Below, in pieces: positions 39,852 through 48,965 of a stretch of DNA of 64,000 bases. Under the pieces are notes generated by a model. The model was not told where the DNA came from, ran no database searches, and saw only the letters and a list, made by a program, of their open reading frames with translations. This stretch comes from a virus: positions 19,591 through 83,590 of the IMG/VR virus record IMGVR_UViG_3300021185_001145; one strand, written 5' to 3'. The position numbers and the translations under genes are program-made. Each line of letters starts with the position of its first letter. The first letter of the stretch is position 1.

Positions 39852-40442
39852 ATGGCGGCAGTAGTATTTGACGATATTCTCTTGCAAGGTGTTAGGGCTG
39901 GACAGATACCAGCGAAGACAAGAAAAGCAAGAACTTGGTATCGTATGAAAGCAAAAGAGTTGGGTACGAAAACTACTCAAACATCATTAGTTTCTGACAG
40001 TGAGAGATTGAGAGGTCGAATACTGCCTGGGACTATGGTGTTCTACGTCTATGATGCAAAGGGTAAAAAGACACTCCCATATTACGATAGATTTCCATTG
40101 ACCATTGTAGTTGAAAATACTACAGATGGTTTTTTGGGATTGAACTTACATTATCTGCCTTATCAAGCGAGAGCAAAATTGATGGATGCTTTATACACTC
40201 TTTCAAACAATAAAAAATATGATGATACTACACGATTGAAATTGACTTATCAAACTCTAAAAGGTGCGGCGAAGTTAGCGGCATTTAAACCCTGTCTCAA
40301 AAGATATTTGAGTGGGCAAGTTAGAAGTAAATATGTTTATATCAACCCATCAGAATGGGACATTGCTTTATTTCTGCCAGTTGAAAACTTCAAGGGTGCA
40401 GGGAAAAGAAAAGTCTGGACTGATAGTGCATCAAAATATTAA
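39852..40442 (+). CDS. gp2: DNA end protector protein
   Basis: LPYYDRFPL, GLNLHYLP, CLKRYL, WDIALFLPVENF. Confidence 0.96.
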   Translation: MAAVVFDDILLQGVRAGQIPAKTRKARTWYRMKAKELGTKTTQTSLVSDSERLRGRILPGTMVFYVYDAKGKKTLPYYDRFPLTIVVENTTDGFLGLNLHYLPYQARAKLMDALYTLSNNKKYDDTTRLKLTYQTLKGAAKLAAFKPCLKRYLSGQVRSKYVYINPSEWDIALFLPVENFKGAGKRKVWTDSASKY

Positions 40443-40451
40443 GGACTGAAA

Positions 40452-41093
40452 ATGGACATCTCAAGTTTCGCCGCAAAATTATCATCTAGTGGACTACAAA
40501 AGTCTTCACATTATCAGGTAGAATTTTTTCCACCAGGTGCTGTTGGTTCTGTTCCTTACGGTAACGCTACTGCACATTGTTATGTAAAAGATGTTTCTCT
40601 TCCAGGTAGAAATATCTCTACTTCAGAAATAAAATATGGTGGACTACCCACAACGAAACAAGCATATAACTCTATTCCAAATGATTGTACAATCACATTT
40701 ATGGCTGATGGTGATATGCAAATCTGGAGACATTTTCAAGCATGGCAGAGAGCAATTCACGACCCACAGACTGGCGCTGTTGGGTACCCTGATGATTATA
40801 AGGGTGTCGTAAAGATTAAAACATTTTCTGTAGATGGTACTACTACACACGAACAATCACTACAAGATGCATTCCCTGAGAATTTAAGCGATATTCAATT
40901 GACGTATGGCGCAGAAGAACTTGCAACATTTTCAGTGACATTTTCATATACAAGAATTGAAGAAGGTTCGGGTATTGGTGGAGTTGGTGGTGCTACACCA
41001 GCACTTGCCGCAATCGGTGGACTTATACAGGCGATTGCGAATCCATCTATCTCGTTTAGTGTTGGTCCGTTCAACGGAAGAATTGGTTTTTAA
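40452..41093 (+). CDS. gp54: Baseplate tail-tube initiator (gp19-like fold)
   Basis: VSLPGRNIST, FQAWQRAI, YPDDY, DAFPENLSDIQL, FSVTFSY. Confidence 0.75.
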   Translation: MDISSFAAKLSSSGLQKSSHYQVEFFPPGAVGSVPYGNATAHCYVKDVSLPGRNISTSEIKYGGLPTTKQAYNSIPNDCTITFMADGDMQIWRHFQAWQRAIHDPQTGAVGYPDDYKGVVKIKTFSVDGTTTHEQSLQDAFPENLSDIQLTYGAEELATFSVTFSYTRIEEGSGIGGVGGATPALAAIGGLIQAIANPSISFSVGPFNGRIGF

Positions 41094-41147
41094 TTTAATA
41101 CATATATAATAATGATTATATAATTTTTTATAAAATGGAGAATATAC

Positions 41148-41885
41148 ATGGCGTTACCTAAAATTGACTTGCCCCTTTACACTACAGAAATTCCGTCTAC
41201 TGGAAGACAAATTAACTTTAGACCGTTTCTAGTTAAAGAAGAAAAGATTTTATTGATGGCTTTAGAGAGTGGCAAAGAAGAAGAAATTCACGGCGCAACT
41301 CTACAGATTATTAGAAACTGTACTGCTGGCAATGACCCAGAACTTGATGTTGAAGGCATGGCAAATTTTGATGTTGAATGGATGTTTCTTCAAATTCGCA
41401 GAAGAAGTATTGGTGATACAAGCACGTTAAGATTTAAACATAAGAATGGTATCAATAATAAAGGTGTGCCATGTGATAATACTATGAAAGTCGATGTTGA
41501 CTTGAGTGAAGTTGAAGTGCATGGTGACATTAAACCACCAATTATTCATCTGACTGAAACTGTAGGTATGAAGATGAGATACCCGACTGTGCTTGAAGCG
41601 ATGAGTATTGCAAAGGATGCGAGTGGTGGTGTCGATAAGATTTTGAAAGTTGTTGCGTCTTGTATTGAAATAATCTTTGATGGTGACGAAATGTTCCCTG
41701 CAAAGAACAGTACAGAACAAGAGATTAATGAATTTCTGGAAGGTTTGAATACAGAACAGTTTCAGAAGGTGAACGCATTCTTTGATAATATGCCTAGATT
41801 GCATAAGAAGATACGTCATCAATGTAAAAAGTGTGATGAGATGATTGAACATAATGTGGAGGGTTTGTCGAGTTTTTTCGTATAA
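41148..41885 (+). CDS. gp26: Baseplate hub assembly protein
   Basis: MALPK..PSTG..FRPFLVKEEKILLMA, FFDNMPRL, EGLSSFF. Confidence 0.95.
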   Translation: MALPKIDLPLYTTEIPSTGRQINFRPFLVKEEKILLMALESGKEEEIHGATLQIIRNCTAGNDPELDVEGMANFDVEWMFLQIRRRSIGDTSTLRFKHKNGINNKGVPCDNTMKVDVDLSEVEVHGDIKPPIIHLTETVGMKMRYPTVLEAMSIAKDASGGVDKILKVVASCIEIIFDGDEMFPAKNSTEQEINEFLEGLNTEQFQKVNAFFDNMPRLHKKIRHQCKKCDEMIEHNVEGLSSFFV

Positions 41886-42076
41886 TGCTGGACCATAATA
41901 AGTTGAAAAACTTATATGAAACAAATTTCGCTATGGTTCAGCATCACAAATACTCACTCACAGAAATCGAGAATATGATGCCGTGGGAGAGAGAAGTGTA
42001 TGTTGGTATGTTAATTAATCATGTTCAGGAGCAAAACGAAAAAATTAAAGAACGAACTGCAAAAAGAAAAAGTTAA
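41885..42076 (+). CDS. gp51: Baseplate hub assembly catalyst
   Basis: NFAMVQHHKYSLTEIENMMPWEREVY. Confidence 0.93.
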   Translation: MLDHNKLKNLYETNFAMVQHHKYSLTEIENMMPWEREVYVGMLINHVQEQNEKIKERTAKRKS

Positions 42077-42098
42077 TGTCTATAAAAGAGAGCAATAA

Positions 42099-45000
42099 AT
42101 GGCAACGTTAAAAGACACAATTGATTCCATGAAGGATTCAAATTTTCAGAAATTTGCTTCTGACCAAGAGAAGCGAACCCGTGAAATTATGAATTCTATC
42201 GACCAGTATCAGAAAAATGTGTCTGGCGAAAGTAAAGCATATGCGGATGCTATTGCTGGCGCTGTTCAAAAATCTCAAGACCTGAGTGCATCACAACTTA
42301 AAGATGGTGTAAGAGGTCTAAAAGATATCGAAAATGTAATTAAAGCACAAACAGATATCTCAAAAGCAGACAGAGCAAATCTACTCAAAGCCACTGATAT
42401 TGCGAAGATGCAGATGGAAGCAAAATCGCAAAGTGGCATTCTATCAAAAATGAAAGAAACAATTTCAAACAACGCAATTGATATCTCATCTGTTGCGGCA
42501 GGTCTGAGTGGGAACAGTCCTGCGATTATGTTTGCGACAAAGTATGTGTTAGACAAACGTAAGCAGTTAAAAGAAGAAAAAGCGGCACGCAAAAAAGCGA
42601 TGGCTGAAGAATCCTTAGAAAGACTTGAAAGTATTCAAGCCGCAAAGCAAAGCAATTCTAACGCAAAAGAAGAAGCAAAAATTTTAAAAGCAACTGGTGG
42701 TGGCGCTGTTTCAGGCGGACCAGCATCAGGTTCTAGTTCAGAACTTATTGTGTGGAATGAAATACAAGCAGAAGAACTAGAAAAAATTCGTATCGGAATC
42801 AATGCATTTCTCAATAATGAAATGATAGGAAGTCGAAATGAAGAAGAGAATAGAAGAGAAGGTAATCGCCAAACTGAAAAACTGATAGATGCTGTAGAAG
42901 GTATCGGAGTTGGTGGCGCTGTCGCAGGCGCAGGTGGTGAAGGTGGCAAAAGCGGTATTATGTCGATGCTCAGTGGTGCGCTTTCAACTATGGCTGGTGT
43001 ACTGGGTGCTGGTGGTCTAAAGGGTTTATTTGGTAAACTCACAGGTCTGTTCGCAAAAGCAGGACCATTAGCGTCAACGATTGGTAGACTTGCAACTGCC
43101 GCGGCACCTATTGCATCTGTTGCTGTTGGTGGCGCAATGATTGCTAAAGATGTTTATGACATGGCATCAGCCGCACTTGATAATGATATTACTACTGAGA
43201 TTGAAGGTAAAGATATGGGTGGCGTCATCGGTGGCGCATTGCTCGGAACAGTCGGTATGTTTGTCGCTGGTCCTCTTGGTGCAGGTCTTGGTATGGCACT
43301 TGGTAATATGGTCGGTGGCTTTGTCGGAGATATTGTAGCACCAAACTACAATGAAGTATTATCAGAATCCCAAACAAAAATACAAGCATCAAAAGATGCG
43401 CTTTCTGCATCATTAACAACTATCACAGACTTGTATAACAGTGGTGCTATAACAGAAGCAGAATATAACGAACAAAAAGCAGTCATTGAATCCCAACAAG
43501 CAATGAACGCTAAACATGAGCAAATGGCGGCTGATACTGCCGCACTACAAACAACAATGATGGCGAAGGGTCAAGCATATAATGACTTGAATGCATCTAT
43601 TCAAGCGATGGAAGACCAAGGTCTTGTTGTCAGTCAGTCAATGTATGACACACTTGATGCACTTGAAACAGAATATGATACTGCTAAAGATGCATTTGAC
43701 ACAGCCTCCGCAGAACTTTCATCAACTGTAGACCCATCTTGGTATGACAATATTAAAACAGGATTGTTTGATTCCTGGAATATGCTAAGTGGTGCCGCCG
43801 CATCTGGTTTTGAAACAATGAAGTCTGGGTTTGAAAGTGCAAGAGGTTGGTTTGCTGAAAAGATTACTGCGCTTGATGAAGCATTTGGTATTTCAGAAGG
43901 TGTTCAAAACGCAGTTGCGTATGTAGAAGAAAAAGCCGCCGCGCTTGCAACTACTGTCGGTGTCGCAGTTGCAGAGACAGCCGCCGCAGTAGATGAAGCA
44001 GTTGAAGACAGTCTTGCACAGTTGAACCTTGATGATGAATATCGTGCATTGAAAACTGGTACTGCCGCCGCTGTTGCAGGTGCTAAAGAAGCAATAGGCG
44101 AAGCCGCAGAATATGCAGAAGAAATGGCACAAGAACTTGTTGACGGTGTTGACCTCAGTGATGGTGTTCAGTTAGAAGACGTTGGTGCGCTTGCAGGAAA
44201 TCTTGCCGAAGTTGGTGCAGAAGTTGCTGGCGATGCCGCTGAAGCAATAAGCGATGCAACAAATGCCGCTATTGACGCAGTTGGTCTTAGAGATGAAGTT
44301 GAAGCAGTACAAGAACTTGCAAGTGATGCTGTTGATGGTGCTGTTGCTCTTGTTGAAAAAGGCAAAGAAGAAGTTTCTGAAGCAGTTGCCGCTGGTGTCG
44401 CCGCAATGGGACTTGAAGATGAAGTTGCGTTTGTCGGTGAACAGTTAGATGCCGCTGGTGAAGCAGTTGCAGATGTTGCTGATGAAATTGGTGACGCTAT
44501 TGGTGGTATGGCTGAGAGTGTTGGCGGTTGGTTCTCTTCATGGTGGAACAGTGGCGAAGCCGCTGATGGTGCGGCTGCCGCAATGCCAAATCTGAGAGCG
44601 GGTGACCCTCACACTGAAATCGCTGTTGATAGTGGTGATGCCGCAACTCGTAGAGAAGCAATGATACAAGCGATGGATGCACAGGGTATTACTGACCCGA
44701 ACCATCGTGCCGCAATGATGGCACAAGCACATCACGAAACTGGTGGATTTGGTGTATCAGAAGAAAACTTTAATTATTCTGGTAGCAGACTATTTGAATT
44801 ATTCGGTGCTGGAAATGAATACGGAAACAAAGTACGTTTCAATTCAGTAGATGAAGCAAACGCATTAGTATCGCAAGGACAAAGTGCAGTTGGTGACGTT
44901 ATCTACGGTGGACGTATGGGTAACGACACTGCGGGTGATGGATTTAAGTTTAGAGGTCGTGGCGCTTTCCAACTTACAGGTAAAGATAACTACTCACGTT

Positions 45001-45440
45001 ATTCAGAAAAACTTTTTGGTGATGATAGACTTGTACAGAATCCAGAACTTGTAAATGACCCAGTTATTGGCGCACAAGTTGCCGCCGCATTCTATCAAGA
45101 TAATGTTATGGATAGAGGTATTGCAGGTAATGATGTTGGTGCAGTTTCCAGAGCAATCAATGGCGGTACAGTCGGTCTACAAGATAGAGCGGACTTGTTT
45201 GCCGCATATTCTGCTGGTGGCGATATTACTTCTTCGGGTCAAATGCTTGCCGCGGCGAATATGGAAAATCTTGACGCAAATGCCGCACTAGCAGATGCAG
45301 GTGCTGGTACTGGTGGTACTACTGTTATCAGTTCACCTACTAATGTTGCGAATGCAAGTACAACTATGATGGGTGGAATGGCTTCAGCATCACAAATTAT
45401 GACACCAGAAGAAATGTCTATGATGTACGGAGCAGTATAA
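42099..45440 (+). CDS. Tape measure (gp29-like) with C-terminal GH19 lytic domain
   Basis: Ala/Gly-rich helical protein after gp51; AQAHHETGGF, ENFNYS, YGGRMGN, FRGRGAFQLTGKDNY, INGG..GLQDR. Confidence 0.82.
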   Translation: MATLKDTIDSMKDSNFQKFASDQEKRTREIMNSIDQYQKNVSGESKAYADAIAGAVQKSQDLSASQLKDGVRGLKDIENVIKAQTDISKADRANLLKATDIAKMQMEAKSQSGILSKMKETISNNAIDISSVAAGLSGNSPAIMFATKYVLDKRKQLKEEKAARKKAMAEESLERLESIQAAKQSNSNAKEEAKILKATGGGAVSGGPASGSSSELIVWNEIQAEELEKIRIGINAFLNNEMIGSRNEEENRREGNRQTEKLIDAVEGIGVGGAVAGAGGEGGKSGIMSMLSGALSTMAGVLGAGGLKGLFGKLTGLFAKAGPLASTIGRLATAAAPIASVAVGGAMIAKDVYDMASAALDNDITTEIEGKDMGGVIGGALLGTVGMFVAGPLGAGLGMALGNMVGGFVGDIVAPNYNEVLSESQTKIQASKDALSASLTTITDLYNSGAITEAEYNEQKAVIESQQAMNAKHEQMAADTAALQTTMMAKGQAYNDLNASIQAMEDQGLVVSQSMYDTLDALETEYDTAKDAFDTASAELSSTVDPSWYDNIKTGLFDSWNMLSGAAASGFETMKSGFESARGWFAEKITALDEAFGISEGVQNAVAYVEEKAAALATTVGVAVAETAAAVDEAVEDSLAQLNLDDEYRALKTGTAAAVAGAKEAIGEAAEYAEEMAQELVDGVDLSDGVQLEDVGALAGNLAEVGAEVAGDAAEAISDATNAAIDAVGLRDEVEAVQELASDAVDGAVALVEKGKEEVSEAVAAGVAAMGLEDEVAFVGEQLDAAGEAVADVADEIGDAIGGMAESVGGWFSSWWNSGEAADGAAAAMPNLRAGDPHTEIAVDSGDAATRREAMIQAMDAQGITDPNHRAAMMAQAHHETGGFGVSEENFNYSGSRLFELFGAGNEYGNKVRFNSVDEANALVSQGQSAVGDVIYGGRMGNDTAGDGFKFRGRGAFQLTGKDNYSRYSEKLFGDDRLVQNPELVNDPVIGAQVAAAFYQDNVMDRGIAGNDVGAVSRAINGGTVGLQDRADLFAAYSAGGDITSSGQMLAAANMENLDANAALADAGAGTGGTTVISSPTNVANASTTMMGGMASASQIMTPEEMSMMYGAV

Positions 45441-45470
45441 AAAAAATAAGGGGAACATCTCTGCTCCCCC
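45439..45470 (-). terminator. Rho-independent terminator downstream of gp32
   Basis: GGGGAGCA-GAGA-TGTTCCCC followed by TTATTTTTTT on - strand. Confidence 0.8.
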
Positions 45471-45575
45471 TATTCCCGACTACCGAAGTAGTCTCTCCTT
45501 TCGTGTTATAGTAATCATTTCAGAGCGTGTCTGCCACAGCCTCTAGGACCCATACGGGTTGTTTACCTCACCTAT
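45471..45575 (-). ncRNA. Candidate structured RNA between gp32 stop and its terminator
   Basis: Three hairpins, including GACTAC-TTCG-GTAGTC; no ORF. Confidence 0.35.
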
Positions 45576-45581
45576 TCTTTC

Positions 45582-46496
45582 TTAGTCTTCTTCTGCAAGA
45601 TTTGCAAAGTAAGACAAAGTATCGTCATCATCATCAGTTGAGACTGATGCGACTTCCGCAGTTTCAGCAACTTTCGCTGGAGCCGCGGCTGGTTCAGATT
45701 TGAACGCAGGCTTGTAATCTTGTGCTGGTGCTTGTTCTGCACTGGCTGATGCCGATGTAGATACACCCAAGACTTTATCCAAACGTGCTTTCAATTCATC
45801 ATAAGACTTGAAGTTTGTCGGAGCAACGAATTCAGTCAAAGAAGACTGTGTTTTCCATAGTGCTTCAAGTTTATCATCATCACCAGCAAGCAACGGTGTT
45901 GTGCTATCAAACTCTGACTTATCATAGTTACGATAACCTTCAACCTGACGAATTTTCAACTTGAAGTTTGCACCTTCCCAAAAATCAAATGGGTTTACAG
46001 GTGTCTCATCTTCAAACTGAGGATTCATTGCCTCTGTGATTTTATCAAAAATCTTCTTACCAAACTGATACAAGAAAACTTTGCCTTCGTTCTCAGGACG
46101 CTTAGGGTCACTGACAACTACAATGTTCGCAATGTATTTCAGACGGCGCTTCTGCTTACGAGCAATTTCTTTGTTCGCTTCTACGCCAGAGTTCCACAAC
46201 TTACTATTATATTCTGAAACGGGGTCTTGCCCGCCTAGAGTTGTAAGAGAGTTTTCGATATACCACCCACCTGGTCCTTGGAAGCCATGGTCGAATACAC
46301 GAACCCACGGAAGGTCTTCACCTTCTGGTGCTGGCAAGAAACGAATGACTGCATAGCCATTGCCTGCCTTATCGACTTCTGGTTTCCAGAAACGGTCGGC
46401 GTCATTATTACCTTGTTTGGGGGATGATTGTTTTTCAAGTGCGTCTGCTAGTTTAGCAAAAGAACCCGAAGTTTTTTTAAGTGATGCAAAAGACAT
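45582..46496 (-). CDS. gp32: Single-stranded DNA-binding protein
   Basis: DRFWKP..DKAGNGYAVIRFLP, WYIENSLTT, GANFKLK, NYDKSEF, acidic tail. Confidence 0.99.
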   Translation of the reverse strand: MSFASLKKTSGSFAKLADALEKQSSPKQGNNDADRFWKPEVDKAGNGYAVIRFLPAPEGEDLPWVRVFDHGFQGPGGWYIENSLTTLGGQDPVSEYNSKLWNSGVEANKEIARKQKRRLKYIANIVVVSDPKRPENEGKVFLYQFGKKIFDKITEAMNPQFEDETPVNPFDFWEGANFKLKIRQVEGYRNYDKSEFDSTTPLLAGDDDKLEALWKTQSSLTEFVAPTNFKSYDELKARLDKVLGVSTSASASAEQAPAQDYKPAFKSEPAAAPAKVAETAEVASVSTDDDDDTLSYFANLAEED

Positions 46497-46573
46497 ATAT
46501 TTCTCCTAGTATGTTTTAATATTGCAGTATTGCTGTATTTACGATTTATCCACTGTCACATAATGTATACTTG

Positions 46574-46604
46574 TATTTATAACACAAATAATTCCGTTTG
46601 TCAA
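46574..46604 (-). promoter_or_regulatory. Composite early/late promoter of gp32
   Basis: TTGACA-17 bp-TATAAA, where the -10 box is also a full TATAAATA late box. Confidence 0.75.
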
Positions 46605-47206
46605 GTGAAAATTTCCTTCATTAACGTTTTTGCTTTACTGATATCATAATCAATAAAACCTTCATACTTCTTTATACGCTTACGAACAATCGGGTAAAAA
46701 ATATCATCTTCTACTTTCTTGTCCCATCGTCTAAAGAAACCTAATACCTTATCCATTACAATTAAAGTTTCAACTTGTATAGTATCTTCTTGTTGCAATT
46801 GCAATAGTAAAGGTAACTCATTATCTCTCATATCAAACAACGTATCAAAAGTTACGTTATTGTTATCCATGAAAGATAATATAGTTGAGAAATCTGAACG
46901 AAGAACATAACTTAGAGATTGTTGCTTTTTCTGCCAAGACTTATATACCTCTAAATGCTTTTCGTCTAATAGATTTCCCACCCATATCTTTTCATTGTGC
47001 AGAAAGTTTGATACAAGAAAGTCCCTCAACTCATCTTGTCTATCAAACCTTCTACCCAGTTTTGTGAAGAAGAACTTATCTTTACGCTTTAAGAAACTTG
47101 CTTCACTTGCTGAGATACGACCATTATACTTGATATAGTCGTAATTGTCAAGGGAAAAATGGTTCTTTACCGCAAGATATTCCTTATATGCTTCAAACCC
47201 ATTCAT
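46601..47206 (-). CDS. gp59: Helicase loader
   Basis: YLAVKNHF...YDYIKYNG, FLKRKDKFFF; between gp33 and gp32. Confidence 0.92.
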   Translation of the reverse strand: MNGFEAYKEYLAVKNHFSLDNYDYIKYNGRISASEASFLKRKDKFFFTKLGRRFDRQDELRDFLVSNFLHNEKIWVGNLLDEKHLEVYKSWQKKQQSLSYVLRSDFSTILSFMDNNNVTFDTLFDMRDNELPLLLQLQQEDTIQVETLIVMDKVLGFFRRWDKKVEDDIFYPIVRKRIKKYEGFIDYDISKAKTLMKEIFT

Positions 47207-47451
47207 AGCGGTAATGTTGCGACCCTCGGTAGATAGTTCATTTCTCTGTATTCGTTTTCAATGAACATCTTGGTATTCGCATCAATCAAACTAGGAACTT
47301 CTTCATATTCAAGACCGTTCTCTTCACACAATTTAATAACAGCATCAATATAAGCCATGTTCATTTCTGTGACATACATTTTCAGTTTGACACTAAACTC
47401 TTCCCTTTTCATATTAACTACTATCGTTTCTTCTTGCATTATTTTCTCCAA
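47203..47451 (-). CDS. gp33: Late transcription coactivator
   Basis: YIDAVIKLCEENGLEYEEV..LI...E..MNYLPR; synteny. Confidence 0.85.
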   Translation of the reverse strand: MEKIMQEETIVVNMKREEFSVKLKMYVTEMNMAYIDAVIKLCEENGLEYEEVPSLIDANTKMFIENEYREMNYLPRVATLPL

Positions 47452-47603
47452 GCGGATATATTTTTATATGCACCTGGTCGTGGGTCACCATGACGAAGTG
47501 CAGGATTCTTCAAATCTTCTTTCGAAGCAAAGTAAGATTTATGTACGAGTTTCGATGGACGCTCAGGTCTTTCTTGTTCGTACTTCTCATTTTGTTCAGT
47601 CAT
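47439..47603 (-). CDS. Hypothetical protein
   Basis: AGGAG SD before MTEQNEK. Confidence 0.5.
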   Translation of the reverse strand: MTEQNEKYEQERPERPSKLVHKSYFASKEDLKNPALRHGDPRPGAYKNISAWRK

Positions 47604-47619
47604 TATACACAATCTCCTA

Positions 47620-48285
47620 TCATTTGTCAAGGGTTAATATCAGAGGAAGAATTCCTGCGATTTCTTTAGCACAAGCATGTGCAATTTCCATATGTTCTTT
47701 TTGAGTACCATTCGCACCACGAAGTTCTATGTAATGAACCCAAGAACGCAATGTACCATTCATATACAAACGTGTCTTTGTATTACCTTCAGGTAGAACT
47801 GCCCGTGCTTGTTCTTTTGCGATACCATTTGCAATCGCCCAATTGTAGTGTTCTTTTGCAGTATCAATAACGTCTTGCTGGCGTAGACGCCATTCCGCAG
47901 ATAGTTTTTCGTCATCTGTTTCAATAGAGTTTTGACGGTTCTTTGTATCTTGCAATCGTGCTTCTCTCAGAATAAACTGGTCACCCATTGATGCAGGGTC
48001 AGCATATCGTTGTGAGAATTCTTGAAATGCAAACGAACGGTGACGTACAATCTGGTGTGCAATGTCACGGGTAGTATCAATCTCTAAACAAGCAGACACC
48101 ATTTCTAGTGGTGACCAATGCTGATGTTTAATTAGATACTTAATTAGTTTTTCAGATGTTTCACTATTCATCTGATTTGTAGGATTTGAAACCCTAGCAC
48201 AATAGGCGATTAGTTCCTGTACGTTATCAAGCCCAATGAAATCGCCCTCTGGAACTTGCGAATATGAAATTAGTCTAACTGACAT
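47620..48285 (-). CDS. thyX: Flavin-dependent thymidylate synthase
   Basis: RHRx7S motif (RHRSFAFQEFSQRY), HWSPLE, AKEQARAVLP; start revised to MSVRLIS (AGGAG SD). Confidence 0.96.
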   Translation of the reverse strand: MSVRLISYSQVPEGDFIGLDNVQELIAYCARVSNPTNQMNSETSEKLIKYLIKHQHWSPLEMVSACLEIDTTRDIAHQIVRHRSFAFQEFSQRYADPASMGDQFILREARLQDTKNRQNSIETDDEKLSAEWRLRQQDVIDTAKEHYNWAIANGIAKEQARAVLPEGNTKTRLYMNGTLRSWVHYIELRGANGTQKEHMEIAHACAKEIAGILPLILTLDK

Positions 48286-48293
48286 CTTTTCTC

Positions 48294-48872
48294 CTATTTG
48301 TAAAAAATGTGTGTGTCTATCTGAACAACTCGCTTCATGCCAGATGCCCAATATGGTGTTACATAGTCTGCATGATAATACATGGAACCATCGGTAATGT
48401 CAAGTAGTGTTTTGGACAAATATTGAGAATATATGTCTATAGCAATCATCTTTGAGGTCTCCCAAACAGCACCTTGATATGGCGTATCTGATTTTCCATC
48501 ACACCACCAAGAGAACTGACACATGTTACGCTTGGGCATACCACTAGCATGATATTTACCTTGCTGTACTACTGCACAAATATTGTCTGGGAAATTAGAT
48601 GATTTCACTCGATTTAATACAACATTTGATACTGCTAACTTACCTGCATACCCTTCAATTCCTGCTTCAAAATATACATTCAAAGCAAGACATTTGATTT
48701 CTTCAAAGTCAAGTTCTGTATTAGGTATAGTTTTAATCAGCGGTGGCGCTACTACTTCTGGTGCCGCATCTGCTACGGCTATATTATTATTTAGGGAAAA
48801 AGTACATATTGAGACCGCTATTGTTATAAATAATAGTGGAATAATCCCCGATTTATGCATTGACTTACGCAT
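48294..48872 (-). CDS. Cell wall hydrolase, SleB/Hydrolase_2 family
   Basis: CLALNVYFEA, VVLNRV, CQFSWWCDG, YYHADYV.PYW, HIFY; N-terminal signal/anchor. Confidence 0.92.
   Translation of the reverse strand: MRKSMHKSGIIPLLFITIAVSICTFSLNNNIAVADAAPEVVAPPLIKTIPNTELDFEEIKCLALNVYFEAGIEGYAGKLAVSNVVLNRVKSSNFPDNICAVVQQGKYHASGMPKRNMCQFSWWCDGKSDTPYQGAVWETSKMIAIDIYSQYLSKTLLDITDGSMYYHADYVTPYWASGMKRVVQIDTHIFYK
48825..48832 (+). promoter_or_regulatory. Late promoter probably driving the + strand island
   Basis: TATAAATA about 130 bp upstream of the 48966 start. Confidence 0.6.
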
Positions 48873-48906
48873 ATGACCAAATCCTTTATTTCATTGAACA
48901 CGCTAC

Positions 48907-48935
48907 ACTATAGCACAGTTCCTTTATTATGTCAA
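48907..48935 (-). promoter_or_regulatory. sigma70-type early promoter for hydrolase-thyX-gp33-gp59
   Basis: TTGACA-17 bp-TATAGT with TG extension. Confidence 0.75.
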
Positions 48936-48965
48936 CCCTTTTCCTTAATGTAGAGAGAGTACCCC

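Noticed and set aside
176-45291. Many antisense or alternate-frame ORFs in the track (e.g. 176-655, 22551-22979, 41427-41924, 42635-43042)
   Set aside because: Shadows of strong genes on the other strand or frame; no motifs or SD support
45495-45525. CTGAAATGA...CGAAA as a hammerhead ribozyme core
   Set aside because: Does not match CUGANGA spacing, and I could not build stems I-III
95-48285. Introns, inteins, homing endonucleases or stop-codon recoding in core genes
   Set aside because: gp17, gp20, gp23, gp32 and thyX are of normal length and uninterrupted in the standard code; no HNH/GIY-YIG/LAGLIDADG ORF seen
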